A DNA stretch of 63,483 nt, the filler included, from Reticulomyxa filosa (Eukaryota > Protista > Foraminifera): NCBI GenBank assembly GCA_000512085.1. It is 24 parts of 24 records of this genome, joined end to end, with 100 filler letters (N's around TTAATTAATTAA, not from the genome) between each part and the next. Parts side by side here need not be neighbours in the genome. Positions count along the whole stretch, not along the records: positions 34,437 to 46,452 come from ASPP01007488.1; positions 46,553 to 49,127 come from ASPP01029160.1; positions 49,228 to 50,363 come from ASPP01050000.1; positions 50,464 to 51,955 come from ASPP01010951.1; 20 more parts are not named here. One strand, given 5' to 3'. The notes beneath the pieces were generated by a model. That model was not told where the DNA came from and made no database searches. It worked only from the letters and a program-made list of their open reading frames with translations. Positions within the stretch are counted from its first letter, which is position 1; the number at the start of each line of letters is the position of its first letter. Made by a program: the position numbers and the translations under genes. This document shows, piece by piece, positions 38,055 through 50,958 of this stretch.

Positions 38055-38759
38055 TTTTCTGGATAGCAAACGTGTTACACAAAAGAAAAAGTATTGACGA
38101 TAATAACTGACAAAACAGACGACAAAAACAGCACTACTGAAACTAGCGAAAAAAGTTTTTTTTTAAGTTGGGGAGCTCGACGCAACTTAAAAAAAGAAGC
38201 TGCACCCGTTTTACTAACAAACTGTCTAGTTTGTTCTTCTACGGATTCATCGCTGTTTGTATTTAAGTAGAATTATCCTTTTGTGCAACATTTTCCCGAA
38301 ATAAAGATTGTTGTCTTCTGACCCACATACAAAGTCTAAGTTTTGCTACTTTTCTTTAATAATTTACTTTAAGTTAATAACTATTTCTTCGACAAGCTTA
38401 CACATTTTCTTGTAAGTATTTTTAATCACTTTCAAATTGGTCTTAAGAGAAAAAAGTTTAAGGATTTGTTTCACTTACATAATCTAAGATTAGCTCAAGA
38501 GAAAAAAAGATAGAAAGAACAAAGAGAATAAATTGGATAACATGAAACCTTTTACAAAGACGCAAAGAGAAAATCCTTTTTTGTTTAAATCTCACATTTT
38601 CTATCTTTTAAATTTAATTTCTCTTGAAATTTTCATACTGCATCATTTTCAATACAATTTTTGATCAACTTTTTGTTTTAATAGTTTCCCCCTTTTAGAG
38701 CAAAGATTTTTTTTTGTTACAAACTAATTTGAGCAAATAATCGCTTATCAAAAAGGGTA

Positions 38760-39752
38760 ATGGCAAAGGTTGCAACTATACAAACTACATTAACTGGCAA
38801 CGGAGACTCAGAAAAGCCGAAAACTGGAAAGAAAGTAAAAAAGAAAAGTCAAAAAAGAAAATACTGTGACATAAAGACTTGTGGGACAATGTACAATTGG
38901 TTAATTTCAGCAGATCGTATAAAACCAAAACTAAAAAATGGAGTTGATTACTTATTAGTGACTGAACCAAACAAACGTATTGAACTTGAAAGCGACAAAT
39001 GGCATCATTTTAAGTTTGGAATATATTTATTGGGGGAAAAAACAACATTGACAGTGAGACAAGATAGTGATGATTTGGGTCATTTAAAAATTAAAACGAG
39101 TCATTTATGGATTGGAAAGGAGTGCAGAATATCATGTGACGGCTTAGGATACAGAAAACACAGCGGACCTGGAAAAGGTCAAAGTGCCTCTAAACACTTT
39201 CAAACAGGTGGAGGTGCAAGTTATGGCTCCAAAGGGCGAGTATTCAATTCTGTGAACGGACGTGGGAAAAATGGAGTCATATATGGTGATAAGACTTTGT
39301 TAAAGGAAATCTATTTTGGAAGTGGGGGTGGTTCTGCGAGGTTTCCGTATTTTAAATTAGAAGGAGGACGTGGAGGTGGAATCATTGAAATTATTGTTGA
39401 ACAACAAATCATCAATAAAGGATTTATCGAATGTAATGGCTTGCGTGGGAACGAACTGAGAAATTATAGAGGGCTAATAAGTCTTGGAGTTGGTGGAGGA
39501 AGTGGTGGAGGAAGTGGTGGCTCCATTCTTGTTGTGTTGCAAGCTCCTTCTCATATTTATCAAAATTTTGGATGTATTCAATGCATTGATAGAGATAATT
39601 ATTGTTGTGTAAACAGAGGTGGTTGTGGAAGAATTGCCATTTATAGTAGATATTTTCTTTCAAATAAGAATTTGTTTGAAAATTTTTCGTATATTTATAC
39701 TTCGAGTTTAATCCCAAAAGAAGAGTTTATTATGAAACGATCTGTTTCTTAA
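38760..39752 (+). CDS. Glycine-rich hypothetical protein
   Basis: 330-aa ATG ORF with GGGASYG, FGSGGG, GGRGGGII, GGGSGGSI and GGCGRI motifs. Confidence 0.7.
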   Translation: MAKVATIQTTLTGNGDSEKPKTGKKVKKKSQKRKYCDIKTCGTMYNWLISADRIKPKLKNGVDYLLVTEPNKRIELESDKWHHFKFGIYLLGEKTTLTVRQDSDDLGHLKIKTSHLWIGKECRISCDGLGYRKHSGPGKGQSASKHFQTGGGASYGSKGRVFNSVNGRGKNGVIYGDKTLLKEIYFGSGGGSARFPYFKLEGGRGGGIIEIIVEQQIINKGFIECNGLRGNELRNYRGLISLGVGGGSGGGSGGSILVVLQAPSHIYQNFGCIQCIDRDNYCCVNRGGCGRIAIYSRYFLSNKNLFENFSYIYTSSLIPKEEFIMKRSVS

Positions 39753-39902
39753 AAAAAAAGATCGTTGTCAAAACTTGATCTTTTTATTATGAAAGGTTTT
39801 TGTTGATGTAATTTTTCTTTTTTTAAATTTACTATTTTATAAATGCTGTTAAAGCAAAAAATTTTTTGAAATGATTAAAATAGATAATTGCTTTTTAATA
39901 TA

Positions 39903-40946
39903 CAGTAGAATGCAAAGTAAAGTTGACACTTAAAATAGCACCTTATAGAGATAATTGATTTTCTTCATGAAAAAACAACACTCAGACATAATTTTTTTTA
40001 TAGAAAATATCTACAAATCGTGTAGTTTTTAAATATGATTTTGGTTTCTTATTAAATCTTTTCTAATTGTTTAAAAAATTTGTCAACTTTTTCTTGAAAA
40101 TTCTCAAAAATCAATAAAATATTCAATCGTGACTTTGTCGTAACATGAAATTTGACAACTTTTTTTAAAGCATTTTCAGAAAGTGCTAAATGCGTATATA
40201 TTTGTAAAAAAAAATTAGTCTTCTACGTTATGCAATTTTTGAAAAAACTCAATTTCTTGTTATCAAAAAAATATTTTTTGCAAAATTTAATATTATTTTC
40301 AAAGTTTGTGCATTGTAAATGCATGAGAGTTTTTGACTACTTTTTGCTTTGTTTTCAGTCATTATTTGTTTTTTTACCTTTTTTTTGTCAATTTTTTCAC
40401 ATTATAATTCAAATTGTTTACAAAATTCTTCTTTTGGTATAAATGGCCCATTTTTGTTATTTTTGTTTTAATATTTGTTCAAAACATTCTTTTACTGTAA
40501 TTGCAGTGTGGCTGAGGATATTATCTTGCTGAAATATACTATCTTCATCATATTCTAAACACCAATAAACGTTTTTGAGCATTTCATCAAATAGAATTTC
40601 TTTGTAAATATCTGAATTTACACCTTCATTAATTTTACATTTATAACAATGTCATAATACTACAAATCAAGACCACACGAAATTCATTCTGGTGCTTTTA
40701 ATGAACGTCCTTTTGTTGGTTTCTTCTTGGTAAGTTTTTCAGTCTTGAACGTCAGCTTTAATTTACGCACATATTCATGATTTACACGAAATTTTTTGCA
40801 ACTTTGCGCGAAGTCCAGCACTGACGCAACAGCTCAACAGCATCTCATTTGCTAAAATTCTAAACTCCTTTGGCCATTTAAAAAATAATTAAAACGCGCA
40901 AATATCGAACTATACTGAAGTGTCAACTTTACTTTGCATTCTACTG
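39903..40946 (-). mobile_element. Internally deleted Tc1/mariner DNA transposon (1044 bp)
   Basis: Perfect 29-bp TIRs CAGTAGAATGCAAAGTAAAGTTGACACTT (39903-39931 / 40918-40946) with TA on both sides. Minus-strand HTH remnant DAVELLRQCWTSRKVAK and DDE remnant YKEILFDEML...IFQQDNILSHTA. Confidence 0.93.
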
Positions 40947-41712
40947 TATTTAAAAAAAAATTTGAAAATATTGAAAAATTGTATTAACAATAATCTATTT
41001 TTTGCAGTTGATTTTTATTCGAGATCATATGTTAATTTACATTGATCAATAAAATTAATAAATAAAATAAAGCATATTGCAAAAAAAAAAAAAACTGCAT
41101 ACTAAATGGCGCCCTTATGAAGAGAATTGATTTTCTTCATTAAAATAAACATTGAATAATAAATAATTTTTTAAAATATTTACAAATCTTGTAGTTTTAA
41201 AATTTTTTTTATGCGTTTTGATTGTTATTTAAAAATTTAACTTTTCGAAATGGCTTAATTGAATCGACTAAAAAAAAGCTAAACTTGAAGATAGTCATTA
41301 ACGAGTACCTTGAATTTTAGATACAAATATCAGATCGTAGATTATTGTGACAAGGATATCTTTTAAATAAAGATTAATTTGTGTGAAAATAGCTGAAGTA
41401 AATACACTTAAAAAAGATTAAATCAATACTTAAAAAACGGTATTTAGTTTTAAAAAAATCAATAGCTAGAAAGGTAGTATCATAATTTGTGCTTGTTTTG
41501 GCTCAAAAGGAGTTAGCATACATGCAAGATATGCTAAAGTAAAATATAAAGGGTACCATTTACGTATATCGTTTTTTTGCAATATACTACTTTTTTTTCA
41601 AATGTTCAAAAATTTCAAAGCACGAAAATAACAAGTTAACAGTAGCATTGGCATAAATGTTAGATTGTAAAAAAAAGGCACTTTACAATGTTTTTAACAA
41701 TATGATTGATAT

Positions 41713-42021
41713 AATAGAATGCAGAAAGTTAACATCTGAACTGTATCTTGTAGAAATGGTAGATTTTCTCCTTAAAGAAACAATATTTATGCATAATTGT
41801 TTTTCTTGAAAAAAATATATACGATTGTGTAGTTTTAAAGTGATTTTGAATTTTTATTAAATCTTCACTAATTGTTTGAAAAATTTGAATATTTTATTAA
41901 TTTTTCAAAATTTTTGGGAACAAGTTGACAATAGTGCATGTATTATAATGTTGTTCTTCAAAGAAATCAAATATCTTTATAAAGTAACGTTTATGTGTTA
42001 ACTTTCTTTTTATTCCACTAT
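41713..42021. mobile_element. Degenerate short Tc1-family derivative
   Basis: Decayed TIR-like ends (atagaatgcagaaagttaaca / tgttaactttctttttattccactat) and shared sub-terminal sequence. Confidence 0.5.
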
Positions 42022-42299
42022 ACTACAGTATATGTCATTTTCATAATTTGAACAATAGGGCACATGTTCATAATGTAATTTTTTAATATTTCTTTATAAA
42101 TTTTATAATTTCATTTCTGTCTTGATGTCATCACAAACACTTTCTGAATCAAAACAAGGTCAAATTATGATAAATAAATTTCGAAATTAAAAATATTTTA
42201 AAAATTATATTTATCTAACAATAATGTCAGATGATATTGTATTTGTTCATTGTTTTCTACTACTTACACGGTAAATATGTTTATTAAATATAAATTGTT

Positions 42300-42700
42300 T
42301 TGTTATTTTAATATATAGCGTGCAAATTGCATTATCTCCTTATCGAACAGTGATGCTATTACTTTCATTGTCATTGCTATGTACTTGTAGAATATACGAA
42401 TAAAAAATATGTTTTTCATGACTTTAAAAGTATTTAATGATTTGTATATTTTAACATCACATAAGCGAATAATACTGTCATATGATCTAAAATACAAATA
42501 TAGATTCTATTAAATGGTAAAAATTAAATTCTATAAACACCATTTTCGTGCTTATTTAATTCTTTCAATTGTCTTTATATTCGATATTCAAAAACGAATA
42601 ATTTTGTCAATTGCTACATGTCTAGCGACATTACAACAACGATAGTGATAATGATATTCTGAAAATTTTGCAACGTACACATTATCTGAATGTCGTTGGA
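42300..42700 (-). pseudogene. Highly degraded WD40 remnant
   Basis: RSYDSIIRLCDVK-type motif, heavily interrupted. Confidence 0.4.
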
Positions 42701-43391
42701 ATAATAAAAATAGTTGATTAGTATCTATATCCAATTTATAGATTTTTTTATTATAAAAATATGGATTATCATTTAGTGATTAAGTGTGTTAAATAAATAT
42801 TGTAATTTGAATGAAAAAACAAGTTAATAAAAACATAACGTTGTTGGAAACAAGTATGTGAAAATTGGACAATGATTTTGGTCTTTTTTTAACTAGTTGA
42901 CAGTAAAAAACTAAAAAGCCGAAAGTTTGAAATAGTTTTCTTTCGTTATTGTGTAAAAACGAAAAATTTTTTTTTTTGCGTAAAAAAGCGAAACTTTGAT
43001 GACGTCAACAAAAAAAAAAGATTGAAATAAGAAAACGCTAAGACAATGCATTTACATAAGTAATTTTTGGAATGAATAAACTTATAAAATGATTGACAGA
43101 GGTTGATTTTTGTTGTGAATGCGAAATTTCGGATTGGAAGCAAAAGGTGATTTAAAAATAGTTTTTGATTAGGAATGTATAAAATTGTGTATAATACGAA
43201 GAAGAAGATTTTTATTATTCGTTTTTGAAGAATAAGGATAAAAGATGTATTTTTGATTTAGAATATTCTTTTTTTTTTTTTTAATAAGTTGCGCATATAC
43301 GCGCAAGGAAAATGTTTTTTTTTTTTTTAAAATTTCCAAATTGAACAAGACAAGAGAGAGAGAGAGAGAGAGAACACAAATTATTATTTTT

Positions 43392-45028
43392 TTAAAAAAA
43401 GATTTTAATTTTTTTTTTAAAGTTTTGCTTATTTTGTCCTTCTCTTCCTTCTCCTCCTCCATTAACATAATGAAAAGCAGATCTTCCTGCAACTCTTCCA
43501 TAAACAACACAATCAACTAAAGAATTACCAGCTAATCTATTCTTTCCATGAACACCTCCAGTAGTTTCACCAGAAGCATATAATCCAGGAATAGGTGCTT
43601 TATTAGTAGTAAGAACTTGAGCAAGAGGATTAATAGCAATACCACCCATAACATAATGTAAAACAGGTGTAACAAAACCAACCATTAAAGGTTGATCAAT
43701 AGTATAAGGTGTACCAGGAAATCTTTTTTTACCAGAAGGACACCAATTTTTTCTAGCACTTTCATTATACATATTAAAAGTATCCCATAGATTATCAATA
43801 GGAATATTCATTTCTTTAGCTAAAGATTGTGCATTATCATAACGTTTTAATACTTTAAAATGTTTTTCATACATATTAACATGTGGTACAACTTCAGAAA
43901 CAGCAACAGGATTTAAGATTAATCTAATAGGACCTTTTTGTCCACGTTCTGCAGCAGTAACATCATCACGATGTCCTAATTCATCAACAAATCTACGTCC
44001 ATTAGAATTAATTAATAAAGCACCAGCAGCACGTAAACATTCTGCAGCTAATATTTTTTCATGTGCATTAGGATCTTTAGGATCAATAAATCCTGTAGGA
44101 TGTACTTGAACACATTCCATATCTAATAATTCAGCACCTGCTTTTTGTGCTACTAACATACCTTCACCATTTGTCCAAGGACCATTAGTAGTAGGTAAAT
44201 TAGCATAAAATGGTGTATATTTTTTTAATAAATCTTTATTATAACAAAATCCACCAGTTGATATAATAACAGCACCACCATTTAATTCATATTTTTTATT
44301 ATTATTTTGTAATGATTCATATTCTATTCCTATTACATTACCTTTTTCATTTTTTAATAATTTTGTTAATTTTGCTTGTTTTATTACTTTACATTGTCCA
44401 TTTTCTTCATATTTACGAACAGATCGTAATAATCCTAATGTTATATAACCACCTGCTGCACCACTTATTGGACGATGTGTTCTAGATGCTGAATGACCAC
44501 CATTTTGAGATAATACTGGAATATTTAATTCATGTGCTTCTAACCAATCTACAGCTTCTGCACTATTTTCGCAAAGTGTCTATTATTATTATTTTTTTTT
44601 TATGCGCTTATGCGATTATACGATATTAAAATAAAATAAATTATCCACCTGCACTAATGGTGTTGGCTTTGCATTCACATCTTTAAACATTGAATATGCT
44701 GTATCTTTTGCAAATAATTCTACTGAATCATTTATTCCTTGTTCTTTTTGATGCTTTGTATGTGCTGCATTTATTCCACTTGATGCACGAACACTGTTTC
44801 CACCAAATCTTTTTTCTTTTTCTATTAATATTACTTTTCCTCCTGCTTCTAATACTGTTAATGCTGCTGATCCTCCACTTAATCCAGCACCAACTACAAT
44901 TACTGCTTTACTCCACTTTTTTTTATTAATTTTTTTATTTTTTATTGCATTTATGCTTTCTTTTTGTGTACGTGTTTCTTTTTTTTTTTTTTTAAAAAAA
45001 AAAGCTTAACATCTTGATCTTTAGACAT
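43392..45028 (-). CDS. Soluble flavocytochrome-c-type fumarate reductase (Osm1/Frd1-like); exons 45028-45011, 44915-44649, 44579-43392
   Basis: MSKDQD|WSKAVIVVGAGLSG (FAD-binding), GGNSVRASSGINAA, GGHSASRTH, VQVHPTG, AECLR, DELGHRD, HYVMGG, HGKNRLAGNSL. Both introns are GT-AG, phase 0. Confidence 0.93.
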
Positions 45029-45534
45029 TTTCTTCAAAGTTTGAGTCTAAAAAAAAATTTATTTCTAAAAAAATAGTTTTTCAATTAAAAAAAAACAAAC
45101 AAAACAAAACAGTTTTTAATTTAATAGTCACCCCCTTTTTTAAATATATACATTATTTTTGCAAAAAAAGATAAATAACAACAAACTTTTTATTATTATC
45201 ATTTAGTCAATCAAATCTTTACTAATTGCTTTTTTTTTTTGTAAAATACCAAAATATTATCAAATACTAAGGAAAAACTCTCTTCACAACACAACTCACT
45301 TTTGTGTTCCTTTTACTGAATTTGCTTTTTCCTTTCATATTACACTTAGTCGTCTCATTATTCATATAATTATACTACATTAAATCAAATATATATACAT
45401 ATATATCATTTTAAGAAATATTTCCATTGTTTTAACTTGTTCAAAAATATTATCATTCCATTTTGGTATTTGTTTATATGTTAATATTATTTAATTAATT
45501 AAAATGCTATCTATATTCATATTAAAAATATTAA

Positions 45535-46230
45535 AGTATAATACAAAGTAAAATTGAAAACATAAAATGTTATATTATAGAGATTATCGATTTTATTTAT
45601 GAAAAAAACAACATTCAGACTTAATTTTTTTTTTAATATATATAAATCGTGTACTTTTTAAATATCATATTTTATTGATTTTTTAAAAATTTTTTTAAGA
45701 AAAAGTTGACAATAGTGCATATGTCATAACAATGAAACTTGAATTTTTTTTAATACTCTTTGCTTTGTCTAAAATCATCATTGATTTTTTCGTATAATCA
45801 TAAATAAATTAAGTTAATTCAAAATCATTAGAACTGATTTTTTTAGTGAAAATTACAATTTTGTTAAATCATTTTTTTCATTGTATAATGCTTGTATTTG
45901 CTATAGCATTGATTTTATTAAATTTATTCATCTTTCTTTATCAATTTTTTCACATTATAATTTAAATTATTTATAAATGTTCTTCTTTTGACATGAATAG
46001 TATATCAATAACTATTTTTTTTTATTGTGATAACATTTTGTTTAAACTATTTTAATATAATTACTTTTGTAACTGATTGCATTATCTTGATAAAATATAC
46101 AATCTTTATTACATTCTAAACACTAATCAATGCTTTTAAGAATTTTATCAAATAGAATTTCTTTGTATATATTTGCATTGACAGGTCATAACATTACAAA
46201 GCAAGACCACACTATTATACTTCCACCAAC
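45535..46230 (-). mobile_element. Older degenerate copy of the Tc1/mariner element
   Basis: Collinear with 39903-40680. Minus-strand remnants GGSIIVWSCF and IYKEILFDKILK..IFYQDNA. Confidence 0.75.
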
Positions 46231-46552
46231 AAATTTTTATGTTTTTATGATTGTATTTTAGGTAAGTGATGATCAAAATATGACATATTCAATAACTATA
46301 TCTTAAATTAATTTTTCTTTTATCAGAAAAAGGAAATTTTTTCCAATTATTGAATGCTTATTTATTACAGTAGATTGCAAAAGGAAAATTTATCAGTTTT
46401 ATTATTTACTTTAAACTAATCCATTATTTCTTCAACTTTATGACATGATGAANNNNNNNNNNNNNNNNNNNNNNNNNNNNNNNNNNNNNNNNNNNNTTAA
46501 TTAATTAANNNNNNNNNNNNNNNNNNNNNNNNNNNNNNNNNNNNNNNNNNNN

Positions 46553-46815
46553 CAAAAGTACCAGCAATCACAGCCAAAGAAATAAAAGATTACACACAAA
46601 AACTTTCCCGAACATCACCTGGTGGAATCGATTTATTCGCCGCTCAATTCCTGCACGATATCGAGCCGTATAAACTCAAAATAGAAGCAATGATAAATTG
46701 GGTCAAAGTCGCACACATAATAGCCAGTGGAAACGTTTGCGAAGAAGCCCGACCAATTACATAAGGCGCTAGATTGATAAAGGTATCAAAATCCGACGAT
46801 TCTCCTTCAAATAAT
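46553..46815 (+). mobile_element. Non-LTR (CRE/R2-like) reverse transcriptase N-terminal fragment
   Basis: + frame reads SRTSPGGIDLFAAQFL...IASGNVCEEARPIT*GARLIKVSK, resembling RT domains 0-1. Confidence 0.4.
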
Positions 46816-48259
46816 GTCCTTGTGTCCATGTGCTGCTATATTATTCTTATATCCTTTTCATATTCAATTGTATATATCGTTTTCTCTATGTGATTCTTCC
46901 ACTAATGTTTGGATATTTGTGCCAATAATGGAATAAACCGTTGCATGCTAGTGCTTGCAATATCCCCACATTGAATGATGATGCTAATTTCTTCTTTTAT
47001 GCTATCTTTGCCAGATAGTATGTATTCGTATTTTTCAACTACCATTCAGTAAATACATAAATATTTTTTTAATAACAATGAAACATTCTGTAACAAAATA
47101 AGTTATGTTGCAATTGTTTGCAACAGTCCTTTTACAAATAATTAAATGCATTTGTCAATCAATATATCACCCTCACTATATGTAAGAGATTGTGTATTAA
47201 TAATAACGAACTGGCTAGAGATAATAAAAAAGAATACTAGCAACAAAATTGATATTTTCAAAGAAGCATCAGTAATGAATTAGACACTACTTTTATTGCA
47301 AATTAGAGAATTTGTCATAGTCTATTGTATTTTATTTTGATTGCCAGTAAAATTGATACAGATACAAAAATTATTGAAACGCTTACAATCAATATATTAA
47401 CTTAGTCAAGAATGATGAAAAACTCAAATGGTTGGATAAAATAAATGCATATTTAAGAACCCAAAGCAAAGATTGAAAGAAAAAGTAAAACAATTAGAAA
47501 GACAACAAGATAACTTTGAAGAAGAACGTTTTCAAAGCCAAAAAAAATTTGATGAAGAAAGAAAATGAGCGGACAATATTCGATTAAAGTATGAACAAGA
47601 AATAAAAATATCACACAAAACAATATAATCATTAAGAACAGAACTTATTGCAATATCTACGAAAGAAGCAGCATTATCAGCACATGTAAATTATTTAAAG
47701 AAACGGCAGTAGCAGCAATCCAAATAGATACAAAAAATAGATCACTTGTTTCAAAGTCATTGAAAAAGGGTTTAATGATTCTTTGTATGTCCCTCTGAAT
47801 CTTTCCAAATGACATGAAAAGAGTTTAACTCCTGTGTTCATATGTAAGTATATACTTTAACAATTTATTATTAAAAAGAAACTAAACTTAAATGACAAAA
47901 ATATTTGTCTATTTTAAGATTAATTAACTGAACAAAAATTGGATAAATGTTTTCTATCCATCCAATCAAATGTAGGAAAAATGCCAAGTATTATTAAGGA
48001 TAAGGCAAGCCCATTTGGAATATTTATTTTCGGTATCAGGTATGTCATTGTAATATTGTATTTGAATGTTGAATTCTAATGATAATTTTTATTTTATTTC
48101 CAACTTGAAGTAATTTTATTTTTGAATTATATTTTACTCAACAATATAATTGTTCGGTGTTGATAATCAAAGTCAATCATATAATTACTCCATTTTCCAT
48201 TTTTCAACATACACACTTCTCTTGGAATTCCAGATCTTATTTTGTACCTGTTATTTTTA

Positions 48260-48788
48260 TCAACAAAGAAATTTTATTTTGTCATGTCTTTCCCATTCCA
48301 ACATCCTCTGACTTGTATAATTGAATAAACGGCTTTTGATCCGATGATTGTAATGGTTCTTTATTTCGCAATGAAAGACAATCTTTTTTCCATTTGTCCA
48401 ATCTATCAATCCAATCTCTTCTGTTATTTTCAAATGTCTCAATCGAATCTTTGGCTTGTAATATCAACTTTTCCTTTTTGTCACGTCCACCTCTTTCCCA
48501 ATAGTCAATTCGAATTGCATAAATATCTTTGCAAATTTCATATTGCAAGACTATCTCTTCAATTTATTTTTTTTCTTCATTCGCCAAGCCAAGCTTCAAT
48601 CGATCGAGTGTATTCTCGATTGAATCACAATTCAAAGAAATTGTTCCAAATTGCAAAGTCAATTCTTCATATTCATCCACTTTTGGCTTGATCTTTGCAG
48701 AAAAATTTGAAAAGATATTTAATTGATGAAGACAAAACATTGTTTCATAATCATTCAATACCATTTCCCTTTTTCCATCAACAATCAA
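48260..48788 (-). pseudogene. Fragmented hypothetical coding sequence
   Basis: Three adjacent short ORFs with coding-like composition. Confidence 0.3.
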
Positions 48789-50728
48789 TTAAATAATTAT
48801 AAATAGGAAAAAACTCCCCCCTATTTATAATCAAAAAATTAATTGTGTTTTGGTTTGTTTTTGTTTTGAAGTTTTTTTTAATATGTGTAAAAAAAAAAAA
48901 AAAAAAAACTTTTTAGCTTCCGCTTCCATCTGCTTGATCTATGTGCAGCAGCTTGGAGTGCATCACAATGGCATCGATGAATACTTTTGCAGTTTGACGA
49001 TACATGACGGATGGTGACGGATGATTGATGATGATGTTGGAATTCCCATGATTAAAAAAAAAATGTTCACTTTGACGAATTCCTTTTTCTAAATTAAATA
49101 GATGCTATTATTATATTTGATATGATTNNNNNNNNNNNNNNNNNNNNNNNNNNNNNNNNNNNNNNNNNNNNTTAATTAATTAANNNNNNNNNNNNNNNNN
49201 NNNNNNNNNNNNNNNNNNNNNNNNNNNAAATCAATTGAGTGGACATATCAAAGAATTGCAAAATGTGGTTAAAGATTCACAATTGCAGTTACAAACAAAA
49301 ATATTCACAAATTACAAAAAAGGAGAAGCTGAAACATTTAAAAGAAGATTTATTGAAGAAACATCAACGAGCAATTGAACTAAGTTAAGTGATTGTCGAT
49401 TTAAAAAGATATCAAAATGAGTAAAACTAACAATAGCAAATCAAGATCCCTTTTGTAATAAAATGATATATTGATTGTATTTTTAAAATTAAAAAAAATG
49501 AAAGTAAATTATATGTTGTGCTAAATGAAGTAACGCATAATTTGTTATTTATTTTTAATTTTAAAACATAATTTGCAAATTATTTATAAATTTGTTAAGT
49601 AGTTGTAACTTTTTTTAGGTTATTATTTTGTTTCTGATATGTTTAAAATAATTCAGTATAATTATTATTTGTTATCTTTAGTTTTAATGGTCATGAACTA
49701 AAATTTGATTTAACTACAATTACATTGGAGTTCTGTATTTGCGTACTCAGTACTGAGAATTACGCAGCTATGCGTCCAAGTCGTCCTTCGTCACCAACAA
49801 AGTTGCGCATGTGCAAATCAGCTTTTACTTTAGCAAATACTATTTGTCATAGACTCTCTATAAGATAGTGTTTGTTACAAATGTTTATATGTGTATATAT
49901 GGCATTAGAAGTGTAAAATACAAGTCAAATGAATGAGTGATTTATGGTGGTGCAAATACAATATTATCAGAATCAGATAGTCAACAAATTCAAATGTTTA
50001 ATGATCAGTAATGAATAATACTTTCAGTCAGAAAGTTTTTACAACGTTTTAACTGTTGTGACAATATAGTTGGTTGTGTTTTGATGGAATAATGAAATAT
50101 GTGCTGCTTCCAATGTTTGACTATGCGTTAATTGATGCATTTGCCACTGTTGAGTAAATGATTAAAAAAATATTATTGTCTCAAAATAGGAGTGGTTATT
50201 CGTTTAAGAAAGTGCTGCCTTCGACAAATCTTTCAAATATACTAAATGTTGAAAAAATCTAACAGAATTAATGGATCAATTTTCATATATGTTTCGAAAA
50301 AAGAGCGTAGAGGGAGGACACTTTTCAAAAATCCTATTATGCACTTACATTTTCACATAATTGNNNNNNNNNNNNNNNNNNNNNNNNNNNNNNNNNNNNN
50401 NNNNNNNTTAATTAATTAANNNNNNNNNNNNNNNNNNNNNNNNNNNNNNNNNNNNNNNNNNNNTGCTTGTTGACCAACGTTTTCCTTTCGTTTCGTTTGT
50501 ACTTTATACATATATATATATATGTATATATATATATTATATATATAATATATATATATAATATATATATAATATATATAATATATATAATATATATAAT
50601 ATATATATTATATACATATATATATATGTACATATACATGTATATTTATATGTATATGTGTATTACGTTACACACTGTCGATCTGAATGTGAATGGCAAA
50701 CATATACTCTTCCTCCTTCCCAAAATAG

Positions 50729-50927
50729 GGCATAAGCGAAAAAAGACAACAAGATATAATTGACAAATTCCGACAAGGAAAGGTCCAATGTTTGGTGACA
50801 ACCCCCGCCGTCAACGGCGAACTGTGCATCCCGCACTGTAGTCTTATCATCCGTTTCGATTGGGCTCAAACAACGCAACAGCACACGCATTTGAAGAGAC
50901 AAGCATGCACCAACCTCCATCAGTTTC

Positions 50928-50958
<31 letters not shown>

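Noticed and set aside
50412-50763. YI-repeat ORFs and (TA)n tracts (also 890-936, 7330-7440, 13450-13500)
   Set aside because: Intronic microsatellites, not coding.
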